Of a stretch of DNA of 64,000 nt, positions 25,625 to 40,600 are shown piece by piece; within the stretch, counting starts at the first letter, position 1; each line of letters opens with the position of its first letter. Made by a program: the position numbers and the translations under genes. The notes under the pieces are model-generated. The model had not been told where the DNA came from. It saw nothing but the letters and a program-made list of their open reading frames with translations, and ran no database searches. The DNA is taken from assembly GCA_964035545.1 (NCBI GenBank), contig OZ037766.1:2728001-2792000 (forward strand), given 5' to 3'. The DNA comes from Bugula neritina (Eukaryota; Animalia; Bryozoa).

Positions 25625-28600
25625 ATGTCATATCTATGGATTAGAAGGAACTTAGTTGTTAGCATAACTTTGGTTATGCTGACAACTGCCTTGGGCAAAT
25701 CTCTTTCACAAGTAAGTGATGCTGTTTACTTACCTGTTACTTTGATTTACTTTGACTTACTTTGACTTACCTGAGCTTGCCTTGACTCACACATCTTAAA
25801 TTCTTATCAAAGTTAGACCGATCTTTTACCAGTAGGCTAAAATGAGTCAATCAATTGTAATTCTAAACAATTTTGGCTATAAATCTTACATGAAAATGAA
25901 TCAGATTGCCTGCAGGGATAGTGAATAGAAATCAGAGCTAAAGTTTTATAATTAAAAATTTATGAGACAAATAAAGAAAATTTTATAATTTGATAATAAA
26001 ATCAATATATTATGTTATTTACATTCAATACGAGAACAGAATTACCAGCTAATGCTTTGCAAAGGTCTTTTTTACAAATGCCTCATCTCCCTATACACAC
26101 ACATAGGTTTTGCTAGAAAACCTTGAAATTTAAGAATGCCACTCAGCATTCCAGGTTCTGAACAACAGCTTCACTAAGATTTAGTGCATCACTTGCTAAA
26201 ACTACTTAAAATTTAAACACTTTATTTAAAATGTGAAAATCAACTGGTACTGTGTACAGGTACAGTGTAACAATAAACAGAGTAAGAAAATAAAGCAAAG
26301 TTTTGTGTTTATGTAGCTCTGTCAATCAAAATGAAATTAATGCTCAACTTTTTTACATTGTTCCCTAAACCAAATTGACTAATACTTATATTAGATGTAA
26401 GATTGTATAAGATCTTGCATACTAGAAATAAATCTCTACAGTAATCAGCTGAAACAGCTCTATCCTATATCACATGACCTTTGGTTGAAATATTCTCAAA
26501 ATATTATGACGTTGTTGTCACTTTGCTAAAATATTTTACACAACCAGAAGTTCTTTTACATGCAGGTATGCTTTATTCACCTGTATCCACCTGTATTCAC
26601 CTGTATTCACCTGCATTCACCTGTATTTATCTGTATCCACCTGTATTCACCTGCAGTATTCACCTGTATAATATGTTGTCTTCTGTTACAGGAGAGGAAA
26701 CTAGCAAACAGCACTGAAAGACTCCCATTTGATTCAAGTAAGTAAAGCTTTTAATGTGTTCAGTTTGATGCAGGTGCCCGATTGGAATGCAGTGTCACTC
26801 AGAATTTTAATAATCTAGTAGTCTAAGCATTTTTACTGTAGGCATCTAATTTAGACTACTTTGAAATTCTAATGCTATTTTAAGCTTTTATCAATTTTCC
26901 TTTGCCTTTTTAGCTAGACGTGACAATCTTTATTTCAAGCAATTTTTTGCGGATAAGTTATGAAAAGTGATAGTTTTAGCAAACTTAGCATTCAAATTAA
27001 GCAAGCGAGAGATATATTAATTTTGATCAACACTTATAAACCTGCAAGATTGTGAAGTTATTTCCTCTATTATCTGCAAACTTGATGAAAACATACTTTC
27101 AATTCAATTTGACAAACAGGTAAAAACTGTTTTATATTGTCTTTCTATGTTAAGATAGCTTTCAGACTAAAAACTAAATGCAACTCTATTCTTTATGAAT
27201 TATAGACAAAGCTTAGGTCACCAGTAATTTACTGGACATATTAATGGGGCGTACATAATGTTCTAAAACATCGTTCAGACACAAAGCAATTTTGTCTAAA
27301 GTGATCTACAAAAATATAGTTCAACAAAACATTTTAGTTTATAACTAATTTATGTCTTAGTCTCACTAGGTATTGACAGACAATTGTTTTGAGTGTAAAT
27401 GTTACAGTAGCAGATTTTTGTGTGCCGTAAATACTTGAAATTTTACCAGGGCTATAGGAGAAAAAACACAAGTTTCCTATACTTTCAATTTTCCCTCTTA
27501 GATTACATTTCATCTAATTATCAATTGAAATTCACGAAGTCATGTTTTGTTATAAAAACTCCAGGCTATTATTATAGTTTCTAGATTTCCCATTATTCTG
27601 CAGAATGAGAAGTGGGTAGAAAACTCTTCATGGCCAACTTATTACTGTTGCTTGTGCTATATAAATAAATAAGAAAATATGTTCCAGATACATAAAGCAT
27701 GCACACGTGTTTCAGCACAAACAACTCTATTCAAAGGAGCTGATTAGAAGTGTAGACTATATAATAACCTGCAGCCATGGTGATTCATAAATCCTAACAA
27801 ACCAACCTTGTGGCTGTACAGCATGGAGACTGGTTTACACTCATGAGATGAAATGTTGAATGTTTTAGCTTAGCCTTAGTTTCTAGATATTGGCTTAAAA
27901 GTTGGGAGTTGATATTTACGAGGCTTAATTTACCTATATAACTAATTTGTTGGTGTCTAGACTCTATACATCTTCATGCAGCATATAACTGGTAAACATC
28001 GCTTATTTCATTGCTACATTACAACACACGCTTGTTTGATTTGCATTTAAAAAAATACAGCCAAATACTGCAATAACTTTTCTATATATGCTAGAAGCTG
28101 CGTGTTTATTTAATTTACAGTCAAATTGGAGTTTAACATAAAAACATTTCTGGCAATGTCCAACAAAAAGAGAAGAAATGCAGCATTTTTTTTCAATTAA
28201 AAAGTGGTCCAAAACAATAAATGATAGATTGATACTTCAAGATTATTTAATCAGGTTTTATACATTTGCTAACTAATTATCATTTCACGGATATTCTTTG
28301 TTATAGCATCAGTTCCATATGTAGTTATTAGTAATAATAGTTATGGATCAGTGAAACAGTAAAAGCCAGCCAATGATTTTCCTGTTTTATATTTAATTTA
28401 TCAAAGAGTTACTTGAGACTAAATTAGCAACTCCTTCTCTTTTGTTTAGTTTTCTATCCATCAAAATACTAAACATAAAACTTAAAAATATTATGTTTCT
28501 GTCACACTCTTCTCTTCAATAATCTTTTTCTAGTAAAAATTCGAACCTAAAAATCTCATGTTTGTTATGATATTAAAAACTATTGAACATAGATTTACAT

Positions 28601-31600
28601 ACACAAGAACATTAAATTTTAGGTACTATAGTAAAGACAGCATTAAGCAGTTCCTGACTGTTTATTTTAGAAACATATTTTTTTTAGATGTGATATTCAC
28701 AGTGCCTTTGGTGGAGTCTGTTATGGGACAGCATAGACAGAGGTTCCGCAGGAGTGAGTCTAGCAGCAAATACATTGACGTGACTTTACCTACGCCCAGC
28801 GAGGACATTGTTCTCAGGCTAGCTTCAACAAAGTCCCTGTTAGTTCCTGGGGCTACATTTGAGATACGGGGTAACAACATAACCACCGCTACTCCAGTGA
28901 GGAACGACTGCTATTTCCAGGGGAAAGTCTTGAACACCAATGAGTCATTCGCTGCCTTGAGCATCTGCAATGGCTTGGTGAGTCATCATATCATATCATA
29001 TTTTACCATATCATACTGTACCATATAATATCATATCACAATCACGTCATATTGTATCATGTCATATTTTATTGTAACACATTAAATCAAATCAAACCAT
29101 ACATAACATATAATACAAAATATTATGCTAAAAGAGAGAATATAAATACATAAAAAGGTTTTTGCTACCTCATTTTGATACGTGTTGTGTAGTAAGATTA
29201 AAACTTTTTTCCTTTCAATAAACTACAATATTAATTATTTGAAAAAAAATTTTCAAATAAAATTTGAAAATGGTTCCAGCTGATATACAATCTTTTGAAC
29301 ATTAAGAATAGTTAGAAGATATTCAGTTTGACATTCAATTCTACTCACCAGCATTTTCTGTGTCTATTAAATACAAATATGCAGATTTTTGTGTGTTCCT
29401 TTAAAAACTTTGAATTTTAGTTTGGTTTATTTTTGGGTATACATCTTTCGTTCTCCAAATATCCACTCAAAGTATAAACTTGCACAAGTTTCTAGCTTTT
29501 CATTTACACTGTGAACTTCAGACTTCAAATTGTAATGGCCAGAGTTGTTTTTCGTGAATAGCAATTATTCTTTTCCTCTCCTCTTGAAACGATCTATAGC
29601 TGACTGTATAAATGATGTGATTGTTTCTCCATGTCAAAACAAGCAAGTTTTTGGCAAACAAATATTGCAAAAGTTGGACACCAGGCATCACCAACAGCTG
29701 CTAGTTATTGGAGAATTCTGGGAAAGTTGTGTTTGAATATACATTCTTTATTATGCTGAAGAATATTAAAATATTAGAACAACTGTTGTGACAAGAAAAT
29801 CTGTTGATATACAATATTTTATTGATATCAACATTTTATCCTTGCAAAGGACAATCGATATGCTGATTATAATGGAAAATTTATTAATTCATATGGCGCT
29901 ATGTAATAGCAGCACACGTGTTGCAATGCTATGCTTCAAGCTCCATACAGGAGGAAAACCTGCTACTCTATAAATATATTGTATGAAACTCCATGCAGTA
30001 TGAATCTAATAAGTACATATGCCAATCATATTGACAGCAACAATGCAGCTCTTGTTTGCAATACAAAGACTCCTGAGTAGATAATTACATGATATGCAGG
30101 CCATAAGGTGCTCTGTATATTTACTTCAGAATAATGACCGTGTAGAAACAACTTTGTAGCTCATATAGCGATACATAAAATTTCTCTCCCAGAAGAGCTC
30201 ATAATAAAGAAAGGCATATGGGTTTACAGTCACCATCTTTGTGAGAATCTCCGATGGAAACAATTTTTTAATTATATTTTTTATTGTGACAAAGGAGCAA
30301 GTCTGACCAAATGCCAAAATTAAGAGTCCATCTTTAATGTAGATTAATTATCATGTGTAGTGAAAAGTTCCATTTCTATTTCTATACAACTTAAAATTTT
30401 GTCAATTGGGTTGTTTATGCTAGACAGTGGTAATAGTATTTATAGAAGTTGTGTCCTCACTAAATGTTTGCTATCTTCAGATTGGTGTGTTTGAGTATGA
30501 AGGCAGCCAATACAGTATAGAGCCATTTGATGTGGATAGTAAGCCAGGAGAGGATAATTACCATAAACTTCACTCTATCAAGAAGATGAATAAAACAGGT
30601 AATGTAACTGCCATTTGCATTTTGTAGGAGTTATCTTCTTTTTGATTGAACTTGGGGGAATATTAGTATTTATAAATTCATAACGGCGTACTTATTATGA
30701 ACTGTACGACAAAATTATGTAAATTCATCAATGTTAGTCTGTTTCACATTGTATTTTATCATTTTATATTTTTATGTTATATTATTATTAATATCATATT
30801 TTGTTTTTCTATTATTTTCTATAGCTTCTTGGGTGTAAACTGCATAGCATCTATTAATTCATATAAACAAATACACAACAAAATATTCAACATCTGGTTG
30901 TGCAGTTTAAATAGTACCTTCAGACATTTTAAGCCATGTCAGCAAAATTGCTCTATATTTTATTAGATTCTCGCTCTTTCTGAATTTAAATAATTTGTAG
31001 AATTATGTAAATACAGAAACAGTATAAAGACGTGTAAGTTTTGCCTATTTATAGGTCTTGGCTATGAAGGAATGGTGGACTCGACATTTCATTTGGAAGA
31101 AAAAGGGGAGAAAACTCCTGGTCAAAGGTTTGAGCGAGCAGTGACCTCCCAGAAGTTTCTGGAAGTAATGGTGGTGATAGATAAAACAGTAGTAGAGTTC
31201 CATGGTGAACAGAACACTGAGGTGTTCATACTGGCTCTCTTCAACATGGTCAGTGGTAGAAGGTGGAGTTGTCTACCCTTTGACATTTTATATGATAGGT
31301 TTTCAGTTTTGTAGGTATAATAATGAGGAATGTGAAACTTTAAAAAACTTAGTAAACAAACTATAAGAATGCCATAGTTGTTAAAACTGAAAGCTCTAAA
31401 AAATGTATAAATTTACTTACGACTTGTATATATTTTAATAAAGCTCTTTAAATCTGGTATTTATTATATACAAGAGTTTAGGCTTGAGCTTTAGATTTTG
31501 ACATTGTTAACAAGTAAAAAGCTGACAATGCCTTTGAAAATAATTGATAAGTTAGTTTTGCTGTTAGAATGTTAATCAAGCGTTATAATATTATTATTCT

Positions 31601-34600
31601 GAGTTTTCTCGTTTACCAGTGATGCATGATTTTGATATCTGCACATAACTTCGAGTTTTTTATTCAACGCATGGAAAGTTTAAGCTGACACATACATGAT
31701 AATATGATAACTCTAGTATAAATATAGAAAGAAGTAAATATATTATAGCTGACTTGACTCTGCTGACAATTCATGCTGCAATCTACTGTTTCAGATAAAT
31801 CTAGTATACAGTCACTCGTCTCTCGGAGTCAACATAAAGCTGTCTCTTGTAAAACTGGTTCTACTGGAAGACGAAACGGTAATTTATTTATCACTCTTCA
31901 CTGTAATTTGGTATCCAACCTGTGCTTAAAAAATAATAATGCTTGCATTAATTACAAGTATTGGGGGGGGGGGGGGGGTAGAGAGTGTTGGTTAAGGCGG
32001 AGGACTAATTATAAGGGTACGCTTTATAAAAGAAAATCTGAAGTAACAAAAACTCTATTAATTTGTTCTGTAGTTGCCCTCTGGTGTCTTTATAATTTCA
32101 TCATCAATTCACTGTATAAATAAATTTAGCTAGCATGTCTAATACTTATAATATGACTCATCAGTTATATAATTAAATGCGCATATAATGTTCAAGTTAT
32201 GGAGCAAATTTGATTGTTTCATTCATTTTATAAGTTAAAGCTATTTTATACCTGCTACATGTAGGCTGACAAAATGTGGGAGGAGGAGAACCCCAGAGAT
32301 ACACTCGATAAATTTTGTATGTGGTCTGCAGTCCACAGTCTAAGAGAACATGAAGTTGGTCATTATGATTTTGCTATGTATCTATCTAGAGGGAGGATGA
32401 CTCCAGCTGGTGAGATATGCAGCACACAAGGCTGTATCAATTTGTTCAATTGTTGTTTTACTAGTTTAACAAACATATTTCTACTAAGAGAAAATAGTTT
32501 GTATTTGCACTGAACTGAATCATGTTGTGTTTTAGTGTGGATATCAATATGTTGCAACACTTGAAGCTATTTTCATAAGTACACATATAATCTTGTTTTA
32601 CTTGATATAAATATTCTTAGAAAATGCTAATTTTCTGTGTTTTGTGAAGTATATTTATCCTATAGCTCATCTGATACAATAATACAATATAGAGAACAGG
32701 TGCAGTTAATAGCTATACTGTATATATAAGATAAAAAAAATATATTTTTGTATCCTTAAATATTACAAATTTTTTCTAAGTAATATTTTATTATATCTAT
32801 AAAGACTATACGTAATCTTATGATATACTGTTATATCCATCAATATATTATTATTATGAGTATTTTATAACTGCTTTTATTCAAACTGTGTTTAGGCTAT
32901 GCTCCAGTGACTGGGATGTGCCGACCTGATAGAAGTTGTGCTCTCATTAAAGAAGATGGATTTTCTACAGCATTTGTTGCTGCGCATGAAATAGGTCACA
33001 CGTAAGTATCTATACGCCATAAAATAGGTCACACGTAAGTATCTATACACTATGAAATAGGTCACACGTAAGTATCTATACACTATGAAATAGGTCACAT
33101 GTAAGTATCTATACGCCATGAAATAGGTCACACGTAAGTATCTATACACTATGAAATAGGTCACATGTAAGTATCTATACGCCATGAAATAGGTCACACG
33201 TAAGTATCTATACACTATGAAATAGGTCACACGTAAGTATCTATACACTATGAAATAGGTCACATGTAAGTATCTATACGCCATGAAATAGGTCACACGT
33301 AAGTATCTATGCACTATGAAATAGGTCACATGTAGGTATCTATACACTATGAAATAAGTCACACGTAAGTAACTATAATGCACTATAAAATAGGTCACAC
33401 GTAAGTATCTCTATGCCATAAAATAAACCACATGTAAGTATCTATAACAATAACAAGGAAAACAACTCCTGGCTCTATATAGATGACTCGCTGACAAAAA
33501 TGGCTCACATGTGCTCTGTATTGATTGGCAGCAGTGAAATAAGAGTAAAAATAACTATAGTCATCTGTCATTACATTTATATCAAGAGGGAGACGACTAC
33601 AGATTTAGATTTGTATCAAGTTTGAACTAATAGCTTGGTTGATTTACTTTTAGTATTGGTATGAGTCACGATGGAGAAGGAATAAATAAATGTGTGAATG
33701 AACCAAAACGAGGCTCTATAATGGCTCCGCTGGTCATGGCCAACCTGAACAACTACTTTTGGTCTCCTTGCAGCAAAGAAGAAATTAGTTCAATCATCAG
33801 GTAGCAAAAGGCTACAGCAGTAGACGTACTAGCATCGCTCTTTTGGAGTTATCTGCTAGTGAATGCTATTGATGAATATACATTCTGATTCTGAGGCTAA
33901 TGCTACAAGTTTATATCTTTTTATTTCCTGTCAAACCTCTTCATTTCCTGTTTATAAGCTAATCATTTGCGTCCTTGTTTCAGCACCCTGTATTGCATGA
34001 ATGACGATCCGTTTGAAGTAAGCTGGTCGGAGCTCGAGATGCCGCTGGGGAGGAACTGGGATCTTGACGAGCAGTGTGTCAAGGACTTTGGGGAAGGGTT
34101 CAAACTCTGCTCAAGGGTTTGTTGTTGTTAGCTCATTATTTTGACAATGGAAAGCAATAATCCGAGAATATAGTAGAATCTTCTCAAAGCTAAATTGAAT
34201 TATTAAAGTATTTGCTACAGCAATTTGTCTTGCATAGATATAACTGCTGTTGTTAGGACTGTTTATTATATTAGGTTATTAGCAATAAATGAGAGAGATC
34301 AACATATTAATTAGCACTTCTACTGTTTCAGGCAACTCATAACTTCAACCCTTGTGAACATCTCTGGTGTTCAACACCAGATAATAGATACCTCTGTAAA
34401 ACTAAGAGAGCTCCGCCATTACCTGGCAGTACTTGTGCTACAGACAGGGTGAGTTAGATAGAGACCCAGATTATTTCTTAAATTCATCATTTGAATCTAA
34501 AGCTAACAGTTGTAAAAAGGTACCAATTAAAGTTATATATATAAACTAAGTTCAAAATAATGTATGCAGTCAGTTTAGCCATTTTACTTAATATAAGCAA

Positions 34601-37600
34601 CTTCATACCTTTTCTGAGAAATTAATCAATATTATAGATGTAATACACATTGGTAAAAAAAACTAAAACGTAGTCTTGGGCTGAGATTTTTCTTTATATA
34701 TTATATTTATTATTTCATTAATTTTTTACTGCACAAGAATACAAAATAGCGTTGGACTTTACACGATGTACATATCCTCAAATGTCATGCAAGCTCTGAG
34801 TTTTTATAAATATTGTGTGAGTAGTACTGAGTACTGAGTAGAAATGTTTTAGTGGTGCTTCAACTCAAAGTGTATCGTGGCCAACCCAGATGACCCGATG
34901 TGGAAAGACAAATCCATAGAGCAGAGCAGACTACAGAGTGTGGACGGCTCATGGTCTCATTGGTCTAGTTGGAGTGAGTGCTCCACTACGTGCGGCAGAG
35001 GAATCAAGTCGCGGACGAGACAGTGTGACGACCCTGAGTAAGTTAATCTTTGAGAACTACTCGGTTTCCCTTTTTAGTTAGTAATAACTAATTTTAGATT
35101 TAGGCTTAAAGCACAATACTTTTATTTATTTGCTTTATTTGTTTATATTATATATTCATTTTATTAAATTAATTATTTATCCTATTTATTTCGGTTTTGA
35201 ATTTTGTAGTTTGTAGTTTAAACAGAAAATTTGCTGAAAAATAATTTTTTGCATAAATATTTGAAACTCTTTGTGGCTCCTGGAAAAAATACCAGTTATA
35301 ATGTCAACACTGAATGCCATGTTGATAGAAATAAAAATGATCTCATGTCTAAATCATAATCTATGTTGCTAAAATCATACTATATTAAATCATATGGTTA
35401 TTTTCCCCAATGAATCTAGATTTTTAAATTAAAATAAATTCATAATCTGCTTTAAATCTGTTTAACTTAAAATTGATGTTTTTGTTTGCGACTATCATTC
35501 ATCACCAGTGCAAAAGTAGTGCATCGTATTTACTACTTGCGTGTCTCTTATTACTTACAGACCTACTCTTGGAGGTAAAGATTGCCCTGGGTTAGACTAT
35601 GATCTAAGACTATGTGACTTACCGGTAAGTATAGGAGTTATCCCACCCGCATCATATACACATATGCACTGTGGCTTCTATACTATAACATAGGCTACAG
35701 ATCACAATGGTAGCACCATGTCTGTAGTAGTCAGTAGAGATATAAGAATCTCACATCTGCTTACTTTAAAATCATGCTGACGAGTAGAGCAATCATGCTG
35801 TTGCCCTGTGAAATTAACCAAATATACTAATATGTTTCTGTGAGTGTCCCTCATGCTTTGAGTATACATCCTGTATAGATAAGTCTCATTGTTTCAATTT
35901 AACAAAGAAATGCAAACTTGGCACTCAGTGCTTTTTACAGCAGAATAGTTGTTGTTCTGGCTTCAACTGTTTTTAATTTTATCTGGACTATTCAAAAGAA
36001 ACTTTCTCAAGTGTGCGAATAGTTAGCCACTAAATATGAAGGCATATTCTATTACCTTTAAACTCTATTATGCTTAATACTTCAAATCTAAACAAAATAG
36101 AATTTCCAGAAGCACTAGTCAACTAGAGCATGGTGAAATAAACAATCATTGGTCATTCATGTTTAAAACAATTCTCTTTCTGATCTTAAAAAATGTTTTT
36201 TAAATTATACTATAATATATAGACTCGAAATATTTTTTATAGAATATTATTATGAATATTGTGAAGTTTCCCTGGTTGACTTTAGCTATGCTCTGAGAAA
36301 TAAAATCCCTCCCTACTGATTGAAGCATGTTTTATAGAAATTGATATTCACTGCTTTCTAGGAGCAAATGAGGCTGGTATGTAAAATGTTTGCTAGTCTA
36401 AGCTACAGTGTGAGAAGGTCTTGCATGAAGCACAAGGTGTATTACAGGGTGAGCCCATAACCTCATGTATGCCCATATAACCTCATATATGCAAAGCTTG
36501 TGGTGAGATGTTCACCAAAATGGCATTGCGTAATAGAAAAGTTGTCATCATTTAGCTAAAACTTGGTACCAAGTGAATAGTTGCGCAATGCCATTTTACC
36601 ATTTATAGGTGTAGTAGTGGAAAAATTTTAATAGCCTAAGCTCTTTATTATTTTGGATCAATTCAAGTTTAGGGTGCAGTTTAAAATTTTTCTGGGAACA
36701 TAACTTTATTGCTACATTTCTAATTTAGAACACAGGCTTTTTATCAATTTCTTCACTTAGTCTAGTTTGGAGTTTTGGATTGGGATGCAACTGCTTTCTT
36801 TTATTGGAGAACTCATTTCTTTAAACAGAAGTTGGCAAAAAAAATTTTTCAAGTCAAAATTCCAGAGAAAATCTTCAATAAAGAAAGTCACCTACCCACT
36901 GAGTAAAGTAGTTGCTTCTCAAACTGCTTTTAAATTATTAATGAGAAGCTTATGAAGTTACCACCTAGTTTGCACAAAGTAGCTACAGTACAGTATAATC
37001 TTCCTATGTCTATTTTTACTTCCAATACTAATATTCTGATAATAATTTTATTTAAAGAAACCTAAAATCTGCCTTAAAAATTTAATGTTAATTTCTAATA
37101 TTTAATTTAGCATTAAGATTATTAAACTATTTACAGACATGTGAGAAGGCCATAGATGATGTTAGACTGGATCAGTGTACACACTACAACAAAAGGGGGC
37201 GGACCTATGTACCTTACGAGACCGGTCAGGGTGAGCCGCTCCCCCTTGCATACTAAAAATAAGGCTATTTTCAAATTCCAAACTGAATTCCAATCTATTT
37301 TTACATAAACTAGTCCGCAATCAGCAGATTTCAATTAACTACTGCTCGGTGTTGCTTACTACATAAACTAATCACTGAATAGAGACATTTTAATAAGTCT
37401 CCGGCTACACATTGCAGAGACCAGCGCCACGCAGTGTCTGCTACATTGCCGAGCTAAAGAGCAAGACATCAGGCTGTATGGAGAGATCGAGGCACGAGAC
37501 GGAACCTTCTGTTCCTATGACGACAGGAACTCCATGTGCTATGCCGGTAAATGCATACCTGTAGGATGCGATGGTAAGATCAACTCTGGCGCTCGGGAAG

Positions 37601-40600
37601 ATACGTGTGGTGTATGTAAGGGAGATAACTCTCAGTGCACTTTGCGACAAGATTACTTCAACAATAAACTGAATAGAGGTGAAGGATTCAGCATGTATAT
37701 TTGTGCTAATTGTGCGACATGTATACTAGTGGTAGGATAACTAAAATGTACTTTACTGGTGATATAAATAATATATGACATAATATTTTGTTCTGTATGT
37801 ACTTATTGTATGATGATTTAGAGCTTATAGTGTGTTAGCATAATATATCCATATATAGCATATAATGACATATATCCATATATAGCATATTATGACATAT
37901 ATACATAAATAGTATATAATGACATATATCCATATATAGCATATGTAGTGACATATATGCATATATAGCATATAGCGATATAATATAACTGAAATACACA
38001 TAAATTAAATGACATCGCCCCCTGCAGGCTTGTATTAAAAGTATTTTATCTCTAGCTGTTGTGTATAATTATATTATTGCTTATAGCATTATATTATCAT
38101 GCACAATGTTATGTTTTACCATATACAGCATTATATGCTAAGATAATGCTACATATTACCATACATAGCATTACATGATAATATATGATGTATTATATTA
38201 TCATATATATAACATTAGATTGCTAATATAAGGTAATATATTACTACATTATCTAATGTTGTATGCTCTATAATGCTATGTCTTATCATCCATAGCATTG
38301 TGTGCCAGTGCAATGTAATATATTACCATATCTAACATTATATACATCTCTTGCAGGCTACCAACTTCTGGTGCGTCTCTATCCTGGAACCAGAAACCTG
38401 AAGCTGGTGAAACCTAACGATGCTTTTAGACTAGGTATGACTCACCTCTGTTGCCACGACAACCTGGTTTCTCTGTCTTTCGTTATTCATGTACTTGAGA
38501 CATACGGGTTCCTTTCTCTAAATATATTTTTCAAACATTCCGGAAATGAGAATATTGTTAATCTCAAATGATGCATTAGTGAAAAAGTTGTGCCCCATGT
38601 ATGAAAAACTTTTTAATGCACACATTTTATGCCAAGTAAATTTAATAGACTCTTATCCATACAAAATTGTGATGTGGCTGAAAATTTCGAATTATGCAAT
38701 TATGCACAAAAGCTGAATATCTTTTTAACCTCTGAAAATTGGCTAAAATCATGTTTCAAAATTTGTATTTAGTTTTGCGGAATACCCAAAGCAATCAGAC
38801 TGTACTATCAGAAATGACTCGTGAGCCATTTACTCTGGTGGATTATGGATCCCTTTGGAAGTATTCCAACACTCGCAGCGAGACACTGGAAACTTCTGGA
38901 CCCTTACAAGCTGAGTATGAACTAATGGTGAGCTATTAGGAGTCGTTCCACCTACAAGCATTCGTCTATTATGTATTCTATTTACAACTATGAGTATGCT
39001 TTCAGCCAATAGGCATGATCAAAGATTTTATATCTCATGTATTTAAACTAGTTTGAAATCATGTGCAAGACTTGTTAATTCTGGTTTATTGTTTTCAAAT
39101 TTTATAATTAAAAAACAAATTAACAAATTAAAAAAGAAATTGAATGTTGCTCGATATAAATTTATAATTACATTTGATAGGACAACTCACATTTTTTAAG
39201 TTATTTACAAGCACTACTGCGTATGCGGCCTTCTCATACTCAATGTCCTTTCTAGATATACTCTCTGTACAACGGAATGAGGGCAACTATGAGTATAACA
39301 TTCACCGAGCCTCTAAATGTACCCCGAGAAAACTCGGTCACTGAAGGAAGCAATACTCAGCAGGGAAACTCTTCCAGTTCTCAGTCTAAAACGAAGATTT
39401 ACGGTTGGGCTATTGGTGGGTGGGGAGAATGTAGTGTCACTTGTGGCGAAGGTTAGTTTGTGAAATTAGAAATAATATCATTTCGTTTCGTTTCTGAAAT
39501 CTTCTTTCCGATTTTCAAACTTGACGAAAAGATCTAAATTTGTAGAAAGTGTTGAAATCATTTTACTGATTAGTTTTTGCTATCCATTTGCATTACCCAT
39601 TACCCATTACCCATTACCCATTACCCATTACCCATTACCCATTACCCATTACCCATAACTCATTACCCATTACCCATTACCCATTACCCATTACCCATTA
39701 CCCATTGTCTATCAGGCTGTGCATTACAATCAGCTTGTCATAGCTCGCATTGACACAACTATATATTTCGTAAAATTGTCCGCATACTTATTGGTAGCAT
39801 ATATAGCAACAAAACACAAGAAAGTAAATTATTGGGTTTTGTTATATACGCAATTAGCTATATATTTACTCCCAAATACAAGTTTCAGAATAGTATTTAA
39901 GTAAAATGAATTAATAAACTGCAGCTTTGTTTCATGACAAATGATCACCTGAATTTATTTTGTAAAATGTTGCAGTTAGCATTTTTGTGTTTTAATTTAG
40001 TCTTACATCTGTAAGCTTGAAGTGTATATATAGTTTGTATAGCTCTCCGTTATATTCATCAGGTTTTCAAGAACACTCTCTCGTCTGTAAGAGCATACAG
40101 AGCAATAGGACTGTCCAAGATGTGCTGTGTAAGGGAGAGGAGAAGCCAGCTACTATAAGGAAATCATGTCTACTGGCACTGTGTGACATTGAGTACAGGT
40201 GAGTTAGCACTGTGTGACACAGAGTACAGGTGAGCTGTCATTATGTGACATAGAGTGCAGGTGAGCTGTCACTGTATGACATAAAGTGCAGGTGAGCTGT
40301 CACTGTGTGACATAGAGTGCAGGTGAGCTGTCACTGTGTGACACAGAGTACAGGTGAGCTGTCACTGTATGACATAGAGTGCAGGTGAGCTGTCACTGTA
40401 TGACATAGAGTGCAGGTTAGCTGTCACTGTATGACATAGAGTGCAGGTGAGCTGTCACTGACAGGAAATAGCAAATTATTCCTAATAACTGAATAAAATA
40501 TTATGTTATAATAAGAAGCTCTTACTATAGCACTGTAATGCAGTATTATATAATTATAATGCCATAACGCAATGCTTATACAAGCTTATAATGTAAGTAT

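Noticed and set aside
32892-33398. 168-aa minus-strand ORF ([10 protein letters not shown] repeats)
   Set aside because: Antisense reading of the 33-bp donor minisatellite.
32985-33448. CRISPR-like look of the 30-33-bp arrays (also 40177, 51868, 58094)
   Set aside because: Contiguous tandem units with no unique spacers, no cas genes and a eukaryotic intronic context.
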